A stretch of DNA of 64,000 nt, taken from an uncultured Dorea sp. Its GTDB lineage: Bacteria; Bacillota; Clostridia; Lachnospirales; Lachnospiraceae. The notes beneath the pieces are model-generated. The model had not been told where the DNA came from, did not search any database, and saw only the letters and a program-made list of their open reading frames with translations. The position numbers were made by a program, and so were the translations under genes. Where the stretch lies: the NCBI GenBank assembly GCA_947063855.1, contig CAMSTW010000004.1, forward strand, positions 6,677-70,676. The letters are read 5' to 3'. Below, piece after piece: positions 60,852 through 64,000 of this stretch. Numbering within the stretch: position 1 is the first letter of the stretch; each line of letters opens with the position of its first letter.

Positions 60852-62075
60852 TCAACTTCTGTAATCCGCATTAATCTCAATATAGCCGTGCGTCAGGTCA
60901 CATCCCCACGCGGTCGCCGTCATATCTCCCATCTTGACATCCACAACCGCCGTAACCTCCGGCTCGGACAAGATCTTTGTCGCTTCCGCTTCGCTGTAAT
61001 CTAACGCTACACCATTCTCGATAATCTGAATTCTTCCTGCCCTGCTCTCAAAGAACAGATCTACCTTCTCCGGATCAAACCCGGCGCCGGAATATCCCAT
61101 CGCACATAAGATCCTTCCCCAGTTGGCGTCATGCCCGGCAATCGCCGTCTTTGTAAGGTTGGAGCACACAACAGACTTCGCCAGTGTCTTCGCCTGCTGT
61201 TCACTCTCACAGCCTACCGCCTGCACCGTAAACAGAGCCGTCGCTCCTTCTCCGTCGCCTGCAATCTTCTTCGCCAGATACTCATTGACCGTATGAAGCG
61301 CCTCCTTAAACTTCTGATAATCCTCACTGTCCACTGTAATCTCCGGATTCTCCGCCAGACCATTTGCCAGCAGGATCACCGTATCATTGGTTGAGGTATC
61401 CCCGTCTACGGATATCATATTATAAGTATCCTGCACATCCTCGCTTAACGCCTTCTGAAGCGCGTCCTTCGTAATCACCGCATCCGTTGTGATAAATGAA
61501 AGCATCGTGCACATATTCGGATGAATCATGCCGGACCCCTTCGCCATGCCGCCGATTGTCACAGTCTTTCCGCCGGCTTCCATCGTCACTGCCAGCTCCT
61601 TCTCACAGGTATCCGTAGTCATGATTGCCTTTGCCGCCGCCGTGCCGCTCTCAAGGGTATCCGTCTTCTCCTTCGCCAGCACACGGATACCGGCTGTCAG
61701 CCTGTCGATGGGAATCTGCTTCCCAATCACACCCGTGGACCCGATCAGAACTCCGTCCGCCGCGATTCCAAGCGCTTCTGCCGCCGCTTCTGCCGTATCC
61801 CTGCAATATCCAAAGCCTTCCTCCCCCGTACAGGCGTTGGCGATTCCGGAATTCACAATCACTGCCTGCGCCATCGCTCCTCCTGACACTACCTGCTGAT
61901 CCCATCTCACCGGGGCCGCTTTCACCACATTGGTGGTAAATGTTCCTGCCGCCACGCACGGAACCTGACTGTATATCATAGCCATATCCGTTCTTCCCTG
62001 ATACTTGATCCCCGCCGCTGCCGCTGCCGCCTCATATCCCTTCGCCGCGGTCACGCCGCCTTTGATTATCTCCAT
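60852..62075 (-). CDS. argJ: Glutamate N-acetyltransferase / ornithine acetyltransferase
   Basis: NSGIANACTG, STGVIG, MTTDT, KGSGMIHPNMCTML, DGDTSTND, DGEGAT. Confidence 0.95.
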   Translation of the reverse strand: MEIIKGGVTAAKGYEAAAAAAGIKYQGRTDMAMIYSQVPCVAAGTFTTNVVKAAPVRWDQQVVSGGAMAQAVIVNSGIANACTGEEGFGYCRDTAEAAAEALGIAADGVLIGSTGVIGKQIPIDRLTAGIRVLAKEKTDTLESGTAAAKAIMTTDTCEKELAVTMEAGGKTVTIGGMAKGSGMIHPNMCTMLSFITTDAVITKDALQKALSEDVQDTYNMISVDGDTSTNDTVILLANGLAENPEITVDSEDYQKFKEALHTVNEYLAKKIAGDGEGATALFTVQAVGCESEQQAKTLAKSVVCSNLTKTAIAGHDANWGRILCAMGYSGAGFDPEKVDLFFESRAGRIQIIENGVALDYSEAEATKILSEPEVTAVVDVKMGDMTATAWGCDLTHGYIEINADYRS

Positions 62076-62115
62076 CTTAAACTTCTCCTTTCCAGCCTGT
62101 CCGGCTAAACCACTG

Positions 62116-62568
62116 TTAAAATCTCACTTCATTAAATGCCGTTATGTTCTTCTCATTCAGCACAAAATCATAATAATTCAGATCCAGCCGCTTCGTCCAT
62201 CCAATGGTATTCCAGAATGCATTGCCAATATCATTTCTCGTAAATGCGATCAGACATACCTTATTGATCTGCTCTTTCTTAAGTTCCTCCATGGCCTTCA
62301 CCACCATGGCCTTGCCAATCCCCCGTCTCCGGTATCCTTCGTCCACACATACATGATAGAGACAGCCCCGTCTCCCGTCATGGCCGCACAGGATGCTTCC
62401 AACCACACGGCCGTCTTCTACCGCCACGACGCTGGTCGTCGGATTCCTTCTTAAGAATCTTGCCACTCCTTCTCTGGAATCGTCCACACTCCTTAACCCA
62501 AAGCCCCGTATCTTCGTCCACAGTTCATATACTCCGTCATAATCTTCCATCGTCATCGTCCGAATCAT
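62116..62568 (-). CDS. GNAT family N-acetyltransferase
   Basis: GHDGRRG.LYH.CV...YRRRGIGK acetyl-CoA motif. Confidence 0.85.
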   Translation of the reverse strand: MIRTMTMEDYDGVYELWTKIRGFGLRSVDDSREGVARFLRRNPTTSVVAVEDGRVVGSILCGHDGRRGCLYHVCVDEGYRRRGIGKAMVVKAMEELKKEQINKVCLIAFTRNDIGNAFWNTIGWTKRLDLNYYDFVLNEKNITAFNEVRF

Positions 62569-62653
62569 AAGACCCCTCCCTTCGCACTCCCGAAAAAGCA
62601 TACTCGCAAAGCTTTATGGTAATTAATTTCTAGTATACCCCCCATGGGTTATA

Positions 62654-63694
62654 CTAAGGAAACATCGGAACCATCCTAAGTCCTTCCTCCTCCGGAAGTC
62701 CGAACAACAGATTCATATTCTGCACTGCCTGTCCGGCCGCTCCCTTAACCAGATTGTCAATCGCCCCCATCATGATGATACGGTTCGTCCTTGGATCAAT
62801 CTTGAAATTAATATCTACATAATTGCTGCCCTCCACCCATTTTGTCTCCGGGCAGACGCCTTCCTCAAGAACACGGATGAAGCTCTCGTCCTTATAATAC
62901 TTATCATAGACAGCCTTCACCTCATCATAGGTAACCTTCTCCTTCAGGGACGCATACTCTGTCGCCAGAATCCCTCTGTTCATGGGAATCAGGTGAGGAG
63001 TGAAATTAACCACCACCTCTTCCTTCGCAGCATATCCAAGCTGCTCCTCTATCTCCGGCGTATGTCTGTGAGAAGCCACGGCATACGCCTTGATGTTCTC
63101 ATTGACCTCGCAATAAATATTCGGCACTTTCGCGCCGCGTCCGGCTCCGGATGTCCCTGACTTGGCGTCCACGATCAGGGTGTTCATGTCGATCAGCCCT
63201 TCCTTCGCCAGCGGATATGCCGTCAGTATCGAACACGTCGTATAACATCCCGGGTTCGCTACCAGTCTCGCCTTCTTTATCTCCTCACGGTTCACCTCAC
63301 AGAGCCCGTAGACCGCCTCTTCGATAAACTGCGGACTCTTATGCGTAATTCCGTACCATTCCTCATAGACTTTCACATCCTTGATCCGGTAGTCCGCACT
63401 CAGGTCAATGATCTTCGTCTTCCCAAGAATCTCCTCCGTCATCATGGAGGCGCAGAAACCCTGCGGGGTCGCCGTAAAGATTACGTCCGCCTGCTCTGCC
63501 AGTTCTTCCATATTATCATCCATACATCTCGCATCCACAATCCGGAACATATTCTGATATACATCTGCATATCGCTTATCAATATAGCTTCTGGAACCAT
63601 ACCACACAACCTTGACATCCTTATGTCCTGTCAGTATCCGTACCAGCTCGCCTCCGGCATAGCCGGTCGCTCCGATTATTCCTGCTCTTATCAT
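62654..63694 (-). CDS. argC: N-acetyl-gamma-glutamyl-phosphate reductase
   Basis: GATGYAG, DLSADYR, ANPGCY, SGTSGAGR, HRHTPEI, IDNLVKGAAGQA. Confidence 0.96.
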   Translation of the reverse strand: MIRAGIIGATGYAGGELVRILTGHKDVKVVWYGSRSYIDKRYADVYQNMFRIVDARCMDDNMEELAEQADVIFTATPQGFCASMMTEEILGKTKIIDLSADYRIKDVKVYEEWYGITHKSPQFIEEAVYGLCEVNREEIKKARLVANPGCYTTCSILTAYPLAKEGLIDMNTLIVDAKSGTSGAGRGAKVPNIYCEVNENIKAYAVASHRHTPEIEEQLGYAAKEEVVVNFTPHLIPMNRGILATEYASLKEKVTYDEVKAVYDKYYKDESFIRVLEEGVCPETKWVEGSNYVDINFKIDPRTNRIIMMGAIDNLVKGAAGQAVQNMNLLFGLPEEEGLRMVPMFP

Positions 63695-63860
63695 CTATCC
63701 CACATCCTTTCTCAGTAGTAATAAACACCGCATCCCCATTCTATAAATCCAGAGGAATTACCGTATCTGCCTTTTTCAAAAAGTATCCTCAAGTCAATAT
63801 AAACCAAATTACCTCTGTTGTCCAGTGTAACCTTATACTCAAATATGCCAAATAAAAATG

Positions 63861-63898
63861 CTTGCATAATTATACATCTTATATGCATAATATGCAAG
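63861..63898. promoter_or_regulatory. Tandem ARG-box-like operator (ArgR/AhrC) upstream of argC
   Basis: tgcataattataca (63863..63876) and tgcataatatgca (63884..63896) resemble the ARG box consensus. Confidence 0.65.
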
Positions 63899-63914
63899 CA
63901 TTATTTTTTAATTC

Positions 63915-64000
63915 TTTCATTTGTATGGCTGAAAATCCATTTTCGGCGCACAGGAAAGCCCCAGCCCCCGTTGCATCAGTTCGCCCGCTTCACCTCCAGC
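63915..64000 (+). mobile_element. Left end of another family A element, running off the window
   Basis: tatggctgaaaatccattttcggcgcacaggaa matches 34365..34397 at 28/33. Confidence 0.6.

Overview
64-kb chromosomal segment of a low-GC Gram-positive gut anaerobe. Gene content and style suggest Clostridia, probably Lachnospiraceae (inference). Most genes are on the minus strand. The housekeeping backbone comprises hisC, an aminotransferase, iorAB-paaK, rho-rpmE-DUF1385-prmC-prfA, holA-lepA-hemW, comEA-response regulator-kinase-GerMN-comEC and argC-GNAT-argJ-argB-argD. Accessory content includes three AAA-ATPase/PD-(D/E)XK-family genes (one truncated) plus a fragment, a LytTR/GHKL pair with SdpI-like membrane genes, two regulator+ABC exporter modules, and a 10.4-kb GntR-led peptide uptake/catabolism operon. 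That operon has a prolyl oligopeptidase, Opp/Dpp-type transporter, an active plus a degenerate amidohydrolase, and a substrate-binding gene split by one in-frame TAG. Intergenic DNA holds at least three families of small non-coding inverted-repeat elements (MITE/REPIN-like); one family has shared ends flanking different interiors. Both competence genes carry in-frame tandem repeats. No rRNA, tRNA, CRISPR array, transposase or phage genes were recognised. All calls are by eye from the sequence and ORF track; no searches were run.
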